Assembly: GCA_019239825.1 (NCBI GenBank)
Contig: JAFAZK010000156.1
Span: 3,080-67,079, forward strand
Origin: Verrucomicrobiota bacterium
Lineage (GTDB): Bacteria > Verrucomicrobiota > Verrucomicrobiia > Chthoniobacterales > JAFAMB01
DNA: 64,000 nucleotides
Direction of reading: 5' to 3'
The notes below the pieces were generated by a model that had not been told where the DNA came from, searched no databases, and worked only from the letters and a program-made list of their open reading frames with translations. Numbering within the stretch: the stretch's first letter is position 1; every line of letters begins with the position of its first letter. A program made the translations under genes and the position numbers. Below, one piece after another: positions 47,318-56,187 of this stretch.

Positions 47318-49813
47318 ATGAAAGATTCCGCGCTCAACTCGACTGACTTACCGAGTTTCAGCGGAACGCGCACCGGCCTGGCTGTAGAAGAAATCAAGCA
47401 GTCATTTCTGGACAATCTCTTCTATGGCATGGGACGGGTGCCGTCCGTTGCGACCCGCAATGACCTCTACACCGCGCTGGCGTTGGCCGTCCGTGACCGG
47501 CTGTTCCGCTACGGCGTGCACACGGTGGAAACCCACGAAGAACAACAGGCCAGAAGGGTCGCCTACCTCTCTGCGGAATATCTGCCGGGGCCTCATCTTG
47601 GGCTCAATCTGATCAACCTCGGTATCACCGAGCAAGCTCGGCAAGCGCTGTCCCAATTGGGATATGCTCTGGACGACTTGGTCGAGCAGGAAAGAGAGCC
47701 CGGTCTAGGCAATGGGGGACTTGGCCGGCTCGCGGCTTGTTACCTGGATTCGTTAGCTTCGCTACAGGTTCCGGCCATCGGTTATGGCATTCGGTACGAA
47801 TTTGGGATCTTCGAGCAGGCGATCATCGATGGTTGGCAAGTTGAAAGGACCGACAAATGGCTGCGATACGGTAATCCCTGGGAAGTCGTTCGTCCCGAAA
47901 TCTATTATGAGGTAAAATTTGGGGGACACACTGAGCACTGGACGGACGATAAGGGCCATCACCGGGTGAGGTGGGCCCCGGATAATGTCGTCAAAGGGGA
48001 AGCATACGACACACCAGTCCTTGGTTACCGGGTCGGAACGTCGAATTTGCTTCGGCTGTGGAAGGCTGAGGCGGTCGAGTCTTTCGATTTTGCCGCTTAT
48101 AACCAGGGCAATTATTATCGGGCGGTCGATGAGAAAATGAGTTCCGAGAACATCACAAAAGTCCTTTATCCGAACGATGAACTAGTCCAGGGAAAAATCC
48201 TGCGGCTTCAGCAACAATTCTTCTTTGTCTCATGCTCTCTGCAGGATTTGCTCCGCGTTCACCAGATACGTGGTGGCAGGCCGGAAAACTTTCACGAAAA
48301 AAACGCGGTTCAGTTAAATGACACGCACCCTGCTGTCGCCGTTGCCGAGCTCATGCGTTTGCTGGTCGATGAACACGAGCTTGATTGGGACACCGCTTGG
48401 CAGGTGACGAGCCAGGCGATCGCTTATACCAATCATACGTTACTCCCCGAAGCTTTGGAGAAGTGGTCGGTGGAAATTTTTGGTCGCTTGCTGCCCCGCC
48501 ACCTCGAGATCGTCTACGAGATCAATCGTCGGTTCCTCGACGAAGTACGAGCGAAGTTCCCTGGCGATAACGAACGGCTCGCGCGGATGTCACTTATCGA
48601 TGAGAGCGGTTCGCGCTTTGTCCGAATGGCAAACCTCGCAACCGTAGCCAGTTATCGAGTCAACGGCGTCGCTCAGCTCCACTCGGATTTGCTTAAGAAG
48701 ACGGTCCTCGCGGATTTTGCGGCGCTCTGGCCGGAGAAATTCTGCAATGTCACAAACGGGGTTAACCCGCGTCGCTTCGTCGCCCTGAGTAATCCGGCGT
48801 TAACCAAACTGATTACTGAACGGATCGGGGATGGTTGGTTATACGAATTGAGCGAATTGCGAAAATTAGAAGCTATCGCCACCGACCCAGGTTTCCAGAG
48901 CCGCTGGCGTGAAGTTAAGCTGGAGAACAAACAAAAGTTGGCTCAGCTGATCGAGGCCGGAGCAGGGATCCAGGTAAATCCGCAGACGATCTTTGATATC
49001 CTGGTCAAGCGCATCCACGAGTACAAACGTCAGCACCTCTTTGTGCTGTACATTCTCACACTCTATTTGCGCCTGAAGCACGATCCGCAAGCAGATTTTC
49101 CTGGCCGCACGTTCGTGATCGGGGGCAAGGCGGCGCCTGGATATTTCATGGCAAAGCTGATTATTAAGCTGATTAACGCCGTTTCCATCTTTATCGAAAA
49201 CGATCCCGGCGTTCGCGATCGCCTCAAGCTAGTTTTCTTTCCCGGTTTCAATGTTAAATCAGCGCAGCACATTTACCCAGCCGCTAATGTTTCCGAACAG
49301 ATCTCCACTGCAGGTAAAGAGGCATCGGGTACCGGCAACATGAAGTTCGCGTTGAACGGTGCGCTGACCGTCGGAACGCTTGACGGTGCTAACATCGAAA
49401 TCCGGGAGGAGGCGGGCGAGGATAACTTTTTCCTCTTCGGACTGACGGTAGAGCAGGTGACGGAGCTGAGATCGCGCGGCTACCGGCCACGCGACCATTA
49501 CGAGCAAAACTCGATGTTACGCGAGGTACTGGATTTAATTGGCTCGGGAGCACTTAGTAATGGCGACAAGGAGCTTTTCCGGCCTGTCGTCGATAACCTT
49601 CTATTGTACGATCCATTCTTTCTGCTGGCCGATTACCAATCCTACGTCGATTGCCAGAACCAGGTTAGCGCGCTGTGGGCTGACCAAGCAGAATGGACTC
49701 GTAAATCAATCCTCAATGTGGCGCGAATGGGCAAGTTTTCCGCTGACCGGTCGATCGATGACTACTGTGATCGAATCTGGAAGGTCAAATCTGTCCACGT
49801 CCACGTCGGGTGA
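47318..49813 (+). CDS. glgP: Glycogen/alpha-glucan phosphorylase
   Basis: EASGTGNMKFALNGALTVGTLDGANIE pyridoxal-phosphate site and GNGGLGRLAAC. 831 aa. Confidence 0.95.
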   Translation: MKDSALNSTDLPSFSGTRTGLAVEEIKQSFLDNLFYGMGRVPSVATRNDLYTALALAVRDRLFRYGVHTVETHEEQQARRVAYLSAEYLPGPHLGLNLINLGITEQARQALSQLGYALDDLVEQEREPGLGNGGLGRLAACYLDSLASLQVPAIGYGIRYEFGIFEQAIIDGWQVERTDKWLRYGNPWEVVRPEIYYEVKFGGHTEHWTDDKGHHRVRWAPDNVVKGEAYDTPVLGYRVGTSNLLRLWKAEAVESFDFAAYNQGNYYRAVDEKMSSENITKVLYPNDELVQGKILRLQQQFFFVSCSLQDLLRVHQIRGGRPENFHEKNAVQLNDTHPAVAVAELMRLLVDEHELDWDTAWQVTSQAIAYTNHTLLPEALEKWSVEIFGRLLPRHLEIVYEINRRFLDEVRAKFPGDNERLARMSLIDESGSRFVRMANLATVASYRVNGVAQLHSDLLKKTVLADFAALWPEKFCNVTNGVNPRRFVALSNPALTKLITERIGDGWLYELSELRKLEAIATDPGFQSRWREVKLENKQKLAQLIEAGAGIQVNPQTIFDILVKRIHEYKRQHLFVLYILTLYLRLKHDPQADFPGRTFVIGGKAAPGYFMAKLIIKLINAVSIFIENDPGVRDRLKLVFFPGFNVKSAQHIYPAANVSEQISTAGKEASGTGNMKFALNGALTVGTLDGANIEIREEAGEDNFFLFGLTVEQVTELRSRGYRPRDHYEQNSMLREVLDLIGSGALSNGDKELFRPVVDNLLLYDPFFLLADYQSYVDCQNQVSALWADQAEWTRKSILNVARMGKFSADRSIDDYCDRIWKVKSVHVHVG

Positions 49814-49865
49814 GTGACAACGCGCTCAAGCGCCTAAGTCCAGCTTACCAGGAGATAACAGCTAA

Positions 49866-51995
49866 ATGTTAACGCGTGTCTGGCCCGGCAGTCCTTATCC
49901 GTTAGGTGCGACCTGGGACGGTAGCGGAGTCAACTTTGCTTTGTTCTCCGAAAACGCTACGCACGTGGAGCTTTGCCTCTTTGACTCAGCGGAAGCGCGA
50001 GTCGAATCGGCTCGGATCAACGTGCCCTCGATCACGAACCAGGTTTGGCATTGCTATTTGCCGGACGCCAAGCCCGGCCAATTGTACGGATATCGTGTCC
50101 ATGGACCTGACGCGGCACACGAAGGGCGCCGGTTCAATCCCCACAAGATTTTGCTCGATCCCTACGCGAAGGGTATTGGCCGGGACCTGCATTGGGACGA
50201 TGCCGTGTATGGGTACCCGCGTGGCGCAGAAAACGCCATGGGCTTCGACGCGAGGGACAGTGCTTTCTTTGCTCCTCTGGCCTGCGTCATTGAGCCGGCA
50301 TTCACCTGGGGCGATGATCGCCCTCTACGAATACCATGGTATGAGACCGTGGTTTATGAGACACACGTGAGGGGGTTTACGAAGCGACACCCGGATGTGC
50401 CAGAAGAGCTGCGCGGCACTTATGCCGGGCTTGCCTCGCCGGCGGCTATTCAGTATTTGCACGACTTGGGTGTCACGGCTGTCGAGCTGCTACCCATCCA
50501 TCATCATGTCGACGAGCACTTTCTGGTTGAGAGAGGCTTGGTTAATTATTGGGGATACAATACGCTCAGCTATTTCGCACCCGATCCGGAATATGCGGCT
50601 GGCGGCCCACAGGGTGCCGCACAGGAGTTTAAGTCGATGGTGCGCACTCTCCACGCCGAAGGCTTCGAGGTTATTCTCGATGTCGTCTATAACCACACCG
50701 CCGAGGCGGACCACCGCGGTCCGACACTGTCCATGCGCGGTATCGACAATGCAGCCTATTATCATCTGGCCGAAGATCGCCGGCAGTATGTCGATTTTAC
50801 CGGCTGTGGCAACACGCTCAATGTAGGCAACCCGCACGTTCTTCAGCTCATTATGGATAGCCTGCGCTATTGGCTGCAGGAGATGCATGTCGACGGATTC
50901 CGATTTGACCTCGCCAGTGCCTTGGCTCGTGAATGTTGGAAGGCAGATCGCTTAACCGCGTTTTTCGACGTCATCCACCAGGATCCAGTCGTCTCGCAAA
51001 CCAAGTTGATGGCCGAGCCTTGGGATCTGGGCCCCGGCGGCTATCAGGTCGGCAATTTCCCGGTGTTGTGGACCGAGTGGAATGGCAAATACCGCGATTG
51101 TGTCCGGCGTTTTTGGAAGGGCGATGGGGGCACGATTGGAGAACTGGCTAGCCGATTGTCCGGGAGCAGCGATCTCTACGCGCATAACGGACGCCGTCCC
51201 AGCGCGAGTTTAAATTTCGTAACTTGCCATGACGGATTCACTCTGCGCGATCTGGTTAGTTACGAGCAGAAACACAACGAAGCGAACGGCGAAGAAAACC
51301 GCGATGGCAACAACAACAACATGAGTTGGAATTGTGGTGTCGAAGGGCCAACCAGCGATCAGGCAATAAACCGCCTACGCGCGCAGCAACAGCGAAATTT
51401 TCTGGCGACACTTTTTCTCTCTCAAGGAGTACCTATGCTCCTGGCCGGCGATGAACTCGGGCACACGCAAGAGGGCAACAACAACTGCTACTGCCAGGAT
51501 TCTCCGTTATCGTGGATCAACTGGGAGCTTTCAGAAGAGCAGCGTGAATTGCTTGCTTTTGTCCGCCGGCTGCTCCGATTGCGCCGAGAAAATCCGGTCT
51601 TTCGGCGGCGGGACTTCTTCCAGGGCCGTCCGATTCATGGTCTTGAGGTAAAGGATATCTATTGGCTTACGCCCGGCGGGACAGAAATGGCAGATTCTGA
51701 CTGGAACGCGGGACATGCCCTGTGTGTTGGGATGGGCCTGATGGGAGACCAGATCGACGAAACAGACGAGCACGGCCGGCGCATCATTGGCGACTCTTTC
51801 CTAATTCTCTTTAACGCGGATCATCAGGCTGTCCGGTTCCGTGTGGGTGGGCGCGCACATGGCCACAATTGGGAACTCCTGGTTGACACCTCAAGCCCTG
51901 AGATCAAGAGCCGATGCCTGGATTGTCTGGACGAGTACTTGCTGCAAGGCCACACGCTCGCCGCCCTGCGGGATCTTCCGCGAAGCTCAAAGTGA
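49866..51995 (+). CDS. glgX: Glycogen debranching enzyme
   Basis: VWPGSPYPLGATWDGSGVNFALFS N-terminus, and the GH13 regions DVVYNHT, GFRFDLA and EPWD. 709 aa. Confidence 0.93.
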   Translation: MLTRVWPGSPYPLGATWDGSGVNFALFSENATHVELCLFDSAEARVESARINVPSITNQVWHCYLPDAKPGQLYGYRVHGPDAAHEGRRFNPHKILLDPYAKGIGRDLHWDDAVYGYPRGAENAMGFDARDSAFFAPLACVIEPAFTWGDDRPLRIPWYETVVYETHVRGFTKRHPDVPEELRGTYAGLASPAAIQYLHDLGVTAVELLPIHHHVDEHFLVERGLVNYWGYNTLSYFAPDPEYAAGGPQGAAQEFKSMVRTLHAEGFEVILDVVYNHTAEADHRGPTLSMRGIDNAAYYHLAEDRRQYVDFTGCGNTLNVGNPHVLQLIMDSLRYWLQEMHVDGFRFDLASALARECWKADRLTAFFDVIHQDPVVSQTKLMAEPWDLGPGGYQVGNFPVLWTEWNGKYRDCVRRFWKGDGGTIGELASRLSGSSDLYAHNGRRPSASLNFVTCHDGFTLRDLVSYEQKHNEANGEENRDGNNNNMSWNCGVEGPTSDQAINRLRAQQQRNFLATLFLSQGVPMLLAGDELGHTQEGNNNCYCQDSPLSWINWELSEEQRELLAFVRRLLRLRRENPVFRRRDFFQGRPIHGLEVKDIYWLTPGGTEMADSDWNAGHALCVGMGLMGDQIDETDEHGRRIIGDSFLILFNADHQAVRFRVGGRAHGHNWELLVDTSSPEIKSRCLDCLDEYLLQGHTLAALRDLPRSSK

Positions 51996-52064
51996 CACTC
52001 TTCTTTTCTCCATAGTCTGCGCAATCTGCGGTTCTCCCTTCCGCTTTGGGATAAAATCAAGCAC

Positions 52065-53327
52065 ATGAACATTACCTCCCTCGGCCAAGCACGATTCCCC
52101 TCACCAGTGGGGCATTCAGTCAGTGACCAGGCGCGAATTCCTGCCGATATCGTACGTGATCCGGCTGCACCGACGCGGGACGAGGTGGTGTTTGAGCTTG
52201 CCGGACCTCGCGCGAAGTTGTTTTTCGAACCCGCGCGGACACGCGCCGGTATCGTAACCTGCGGTGGCTTGTGCCCAGGCCTGAACAATGTAATCCGCGC
52301 ACTTTTTTTCGAGCTGCACCACACCCACGGAGTGATGGAAGTCCTGGGGTTTCGAGGCGGCTATCAAGGACTCGTTCCTGCGCCCGGTTTCGAGCCGGTA
52401 GCGTTGACACCGAGCTTTGTTGACCAAATTCACCACCATGGCGGAACCATCCTGGGCACCTCACGGGGACCCGTCGACATGGCTGCCGCAGTGGACAACT
52501 TGATCCGGCGTGACGTGCATATCTTGTTCACTGTGGGTGGCGACGGCACCCAACGTGGCGGCAACGAGCTCTTTCAGCAGGCCCGGAGCCGTGGCCACGC
52601 CCTTTCGGTGGTGGGCATCCCCAAAACGATAGACAACGACGTAGCCTTTGTCGCGCGCACTTTCGGTTACCTCACCGCGGTCGAGGAAGCGGTGAAGATC
52701 CTCGACGGTGCGCACACCGAAGCGCGCAGCGTCCACAACGGCCTGGCTTTGGTAAAGCTCATGGGCCGGCATGCTGGCTTTATCGCGGCCGGCGCCACGG
52801 TAGCAAACCATGACGTGAATTTCACCCTGATCCCTGAAGTACCGTTCAAGCTGGAGGGTAAAAACGGATTCCTCACTGCGCTGAAGGATCGGATTCAAAA
52901 GCGCCGGCACGCTGTGGTTGTGGTTGCCGAAGGAGCCGGGCAGGACTTGTTCGAGGAATCGTCAATGAACCGGGACGCATCCGGCAATATTAAGCTGAAA
53001 GACATTGGCGTATTTCTGCGCGAACGAATCGAGTCGTACTTTAAGGAAGCGAACATCCCGATTGCCATGCGTTATTTCGACCCGAGCTATTCGATCCGGA
53101 GCAGCCCGGCCAATGCTGCTGATTCGATTCTATGCGATCTTTATGCACGCAACGCGGTGCATGCTGCCATGGCCGGCAAGACCGGCTTGGTCATTGGATA
53201 CCTCCACGATTCATTCATTCATATCCCGATCGAAATGCTGGTCCGGGAGAAGAAACAAATCGATCCCGATAGCGTTTGGTGGACCGCTGTATTGGCGGCG
53301 ACCGGCCAAGCAGCCCGGTTCGAATAA
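52065..53327 (+). CDS. pfk: 6-phosphofructokinase (long, about 420-aa type)
   Basis: GIVTCGGLCPGLNNVIR, TVGGDGTQRGG, GIPKTIDNDV and MGRHAGFIA motifs. Confidence 0.88.
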   Translation: MNITSLGQARFPSPVGHSVSDQARIPADIVRDPAAPTRDEVVFELAGPRAKLFFEPARTRAGIVTCGGLCPGLNNVIRALFFELHHTHGVMEVLGFRGGYQGLVPAPGFEPVALTPSFVDQIHHHGGTILGTSRGPVDMAAAVDNLIRRDVHILFTVGGDGTQRGGNELFQQARSRGHALSVVGIPKTIDNDVAFVARTFGYLTAVEEAVKILDGAHTEARSVHNGLALVKLMGRHAGFIAAGATVANHDVNFTLIPEVPFKLEGKNGFLTALKDRIQKRRHAVVVVAEGAGQDLFEESSMNRDASGNIKLKDIGVFLRERIESYFKEANIPIAMRYFDPSYSIRSSPANAADSILCDLYARNAVHAAMAGKTGLVIGYLHDSFIHIPIEMLVREKKQIDPDSVWWTAVLAATGQAARFE

Positions 53328-53337
53328 ATCATTTGTT

Positions 53338-53991
53338 ATGCCCATTCTGATTTCCGATTTCGACGGCACCATCACGCGGTATGATTTCTTTGACCGGGTC
53401 CGCCAGCGTTGGCCATATTCCCCGCAAGACGACCCCTGGGAAAAATTTGTCTCCGGCGAGAAAACCCATTTTCAAGCGCTGGCAGAAATCTTTGCATCCA
53501 TCCGAACTACCGAAGCGGATCTGCTGGGACTGGCAGATTCGACCGAGCTGGACCCGAGTTTTGCGAAATCGGTTCGGGCTTTGCAAGATCACGGTTGGGA
53601 AGTTGCGATCGCTTCCGCCGGATGCGGTTGGTATATTGATGTCTTACTTAAGAAAGCTGGAGTCTCTGTTTCAGTACACGCCAACCCGGGCACATTCGAT
53701 CCGAAACGCGGCCTGCTAATGTCGCTCCCGGAACATTCCCCTTTCTTCAGCTCCAGTAAGGGAGTAAACAAGGTGGCGATCGTTCAGGAAGCGCTTCAGC
53801 AGTCGGATCGCGTGGCTTTCGCAGGGGATGGCCGACCGGATCTCAGGCCTGCGCTGCTCGTGCCCCCGCCGTCGCGGTTTGCACGGGGATGGCTGGCTGA
53901 AGCGTTAAGCGAACGTGGTGAGAAATTCCATCCATTTGAACGCTGGTCAGAGATTGCGGACCAGCTTCTGAAAGTGAGCAGTAAGCAGTAA
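53338..53991 (+). CDS. HAD-IB family phosphatase (MtnX/PSPase-like)
   Basis: MPILISDFDGTIT (DxDxT) N-terminus and GDGRPD motif IV. The ATG lies 10 nt after the pfk stop. Confidence 0.75.
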   Translation: MPILISDFDGTITRYDFFDRVRQRWPYSPQDDPWEKFVSGEKTHFQALAEIFASIRTTEADLLGLADSTELDPSFAKSVRALQDHGWEVAIASAGCGWYIDVLLKKAGVSVSVHANPGTFDPKRGLLMSLPEHSPFFSSSKGVNKVAIVQEALQQSDRVAFAGDGRPDLRPALLVPPPSRFARGWLAEALSERGEKFHPFERWSEIADQLLKVSSKQ

Positions 53992-54043
53992 ACGGTAAGC
54001 ACTAGTCTGTGTTCGCCGACTGAAATCCGCGCTGGTTACTGAC

Positions 54044-54101
54044 CTACTGCTCACTGCTCACCGCTTACTGCTCACCGCTTACTGCTCACCGCTTACTGCT
54101 C
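54044..54101. repeat. 14-bp tandem repeat (CTGCTCACCGCTTA), three perfect units plus partial units
   Basis: Perfect units at 54054-54067, 54068-54081 and 54082-54095, with partial copies on both sides. Lies between convergent genes. Complementary to 53974-53986. Confidence 0.85.
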
Positions 54102-54106
54102 GGCCA

Positions 54107-55741
54107 TCATGACACGACAAGCCACACCGCGGCTAACGCTGCCAGAATGATTCCGTAAACCAAGGTCGGGATGAAGGTTTTCTTAAGAATGGCACCCTCC
54201 TCGTTTTTCAAGCCTAAGACCGCGCAGACCGCAACGATGTTATGAATGGCAACCATGTTGCCCATGGCGGCTCCGACGGTTTGCAGGGCTAACATCGTCG
54301 TTGAGGGTAGCGCGAGATCCTGGGCGATCCTCAGCTGAATCGGTCCGAAGGTGAGATTCGATATAGTGTTTGAACCCGAGAAGAAACTGCCCAGAGCGCC
54401 CAGAAAACCAGCGAAATAGATCCACAGATCGCCGGTCCCGCCGGCGAGCCCATCTCCGAGTATCCTGGTGGATGCCCGGGCTCCGTCGATAGTGAGCAAC
54501 TGGACAAAGATCAGCGCCCCAAAAAGCGCGATCACCGGTTTCCAGATGCGTGCAAGGGTTTCCTTTAGGACTTCCAGGAAAACACTCAGCGGCCGGCGAT
54601 AAAGGATAAGCGCCAGCCCAGCAGAGACGATGAATGGAAAAATGAACGGGACGTAGAGGAGCGCGTACGACCAGTGAAGGTCTTCTCCGAGAATTGCCTG
54701 CAACCGAAAGACGAGAGAAGGACTGAGGGAGAATACCCCTAGCGGACCAAGCCGGACTGACACCCATGCCACCTCAGAATTCAGGAGCTGTCGCAGCCCG
54801 AAAAACGGGATTCGGGTGAGGAGCAAAATTCCGACTACTGCCAGCAAGGGAGTTAGTGCCCGCAAAATTTCACCAGGAGGTAATGCATTCGTTTCTGAAG
54901 GTTGCTGACTCGCTGATCGAGAGTTTGGAGCTACCGCATCCGTAGCGCTCGCTTCTTTCTTCGCCAGGCCGACGCCGGATCGCGCCAGAAAAATCGTTGT
55001 TAGCAAACCGACCATGCCGCCTGCCACGGATGGAAACTCATAATTGAAAGCTGCTACCGCAACCATCGGTAGCACGCTGGCTAAGACGGCAAGTTCAACG
55101 AAAAGCAGGTTGCGACGAATCTCTTTCCAATCGACGACAAAGCGCAGCGCGATGACCGGGATCACCAATGCGGCGACAGCATGCATCAAAGCGGCTTTGA
55201 GACCGATCTCGAGCAGCTGTGATTCCGCCAATCCGAGGGCACCAAAGCCGAACCAGGTTGGTGTGCCGACGGCTCCAAATGAAGTCGGCACCGCATTCAT
55301 GATGATACAGAGAACGGCAACGCGCAGCGGCGGAAATCCGAGTCCGACCAGGATTGGAGCGGCTAATGCAGCGGGAGTGCCGAAGCCGCTGGCTCCCTCG
55401 ATTAAAAAGATGAACGACCAGCCAACAATCATCAATTGTGCAACTGGATTCGCCGAAACACCGTCGAGCCACAGGCTTAGCGTTCCCATGGCACCCGAGC
55501 GTTCCAGCGCTACAAAGAAAAGGATGGCGCCAAACACAATCGAAATCGGCGTCAGCGCTTGCAGTAGCCCATTCACCACCGCTGCGTGCGCCAGGCTTGA
55601 GTTCGTTTTGAAGTACAAGATCCGGACGAGGTAGGTCAGCACACCCGCCAGGGCAAACGCAACCGTTGACGGTAGCCCGTTCTTCTTCGTCATGACGAAG
55701 ATCAGAACTGCAATTGGAACGGCGGCAAAAAAGAGGTCCAT
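54107..55741 (-). CDS. L-lactate permease (LctP family)
   Basis: 544-aa polytopic protein with an LctP-type N-terminus MDLFFAAVPIAVLIFVMTKK and conserved Gly-rich helices. Confidence 0.85.
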   Translation of the reverse strand: MDLFFAAVPIAVLIFVMTKKNGLPSTVAFALAGVLTYLVRILYFKTNSSLAHAAVVNGLLQALTPISIVFGAILFFVALERSGAMGTLSLWLDGVSANPVAQLMIVGWSFIFLIEGASGFGTPAALAAPILVGLGFPPLRVAVLCIIMNAVPTSFGAVGTPTWFGFGALGLAESQLLEIGLKAALMHAVAALVIPVIALRFVVDWKEIRRNLLFVELAVLASVLPMVAVAAFNYEFPSVAGGMVGLLTTIFLARSGVGLAKKEASATDAVAPNSRSASQQPSETNALPPGEILRALTPLLAVVGILLLTRIPFFGLRQLLNSEVAWVSVRLGPLGVFSLSPSLVFRLQAILGEDLHWSYALLYVPFIFPFIVSAGLALILYRRPLSVFLEVLKETLARIWKPVIALFGALIFVQLLTIDGARASTRILGDGLAGGTGDLWIYFAGFLGALGSFFSGSNTISNLTFGPIQLRIAQDLALPSTTMLALQTVGAAMGNMVAIHNIVAVCAVLGLKNEEGAILKKTFIPTLVYGIILAALAAVWLVVS

Positions 55742-56187
55742 GGGTTAGCGGGGTGAAAGTAGCTTAGGCGCCTGGCGGGAGTGTTGGAGTAGTGGAGTGT
55801 TGAAGAATGCGATCACGAGGCACGTCAGGACCTTGCGCCACAGGTGACTCAAACTACTAAACTGTCACTTGCCAGGAAAGGTAATCATGTGGTGGTGTGC
55901 ACACCCAGTCCCACGGCTCGGCGCGTGCTTCGGCCTCGCAGACAGAATAGCGCCGACAAACGAATCTCTTCGGTTAACGATCTCAGCTCTTTCGGGAGCC
56001 TCGCCCTATCATCACTCCAAGCGAGGATGCCTATTTCAGCTACCGATCAGAGATGCTAATGTGTTAGACATTTTTCCTAACCCGTTCCCCTGCGCGCCTA
56101 ACAATTTGAGCTGCAATTGGAGCTTTACTAACAATGCGGGATAGAAGCGCTGCAGGTGAAGCGCAAGCCGGAAAAATCAGGAGAGTC

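Noticed and set aside
54044-54101. Short tandem repeats here and at 61532-61630, considered as a CRISPR array.
   Set aside because: The units are contiguous with no spacers (14-bp period, or in-frame coding repeats), and no cas genes are present.
55742-56187. Long (about 445 nt) region upstream of the P-type ATPase, and the roughly 500-nt region 45557-46052 upstream of D-LDH, considered as riboswitch or leader candidates (for example M-box).
   Set aside because: I could not recognise any conserved riboswitch core sequence or convincing mutually exclusive hairpins by eye. An Rfam/Infernal scan is needed before making any claim.
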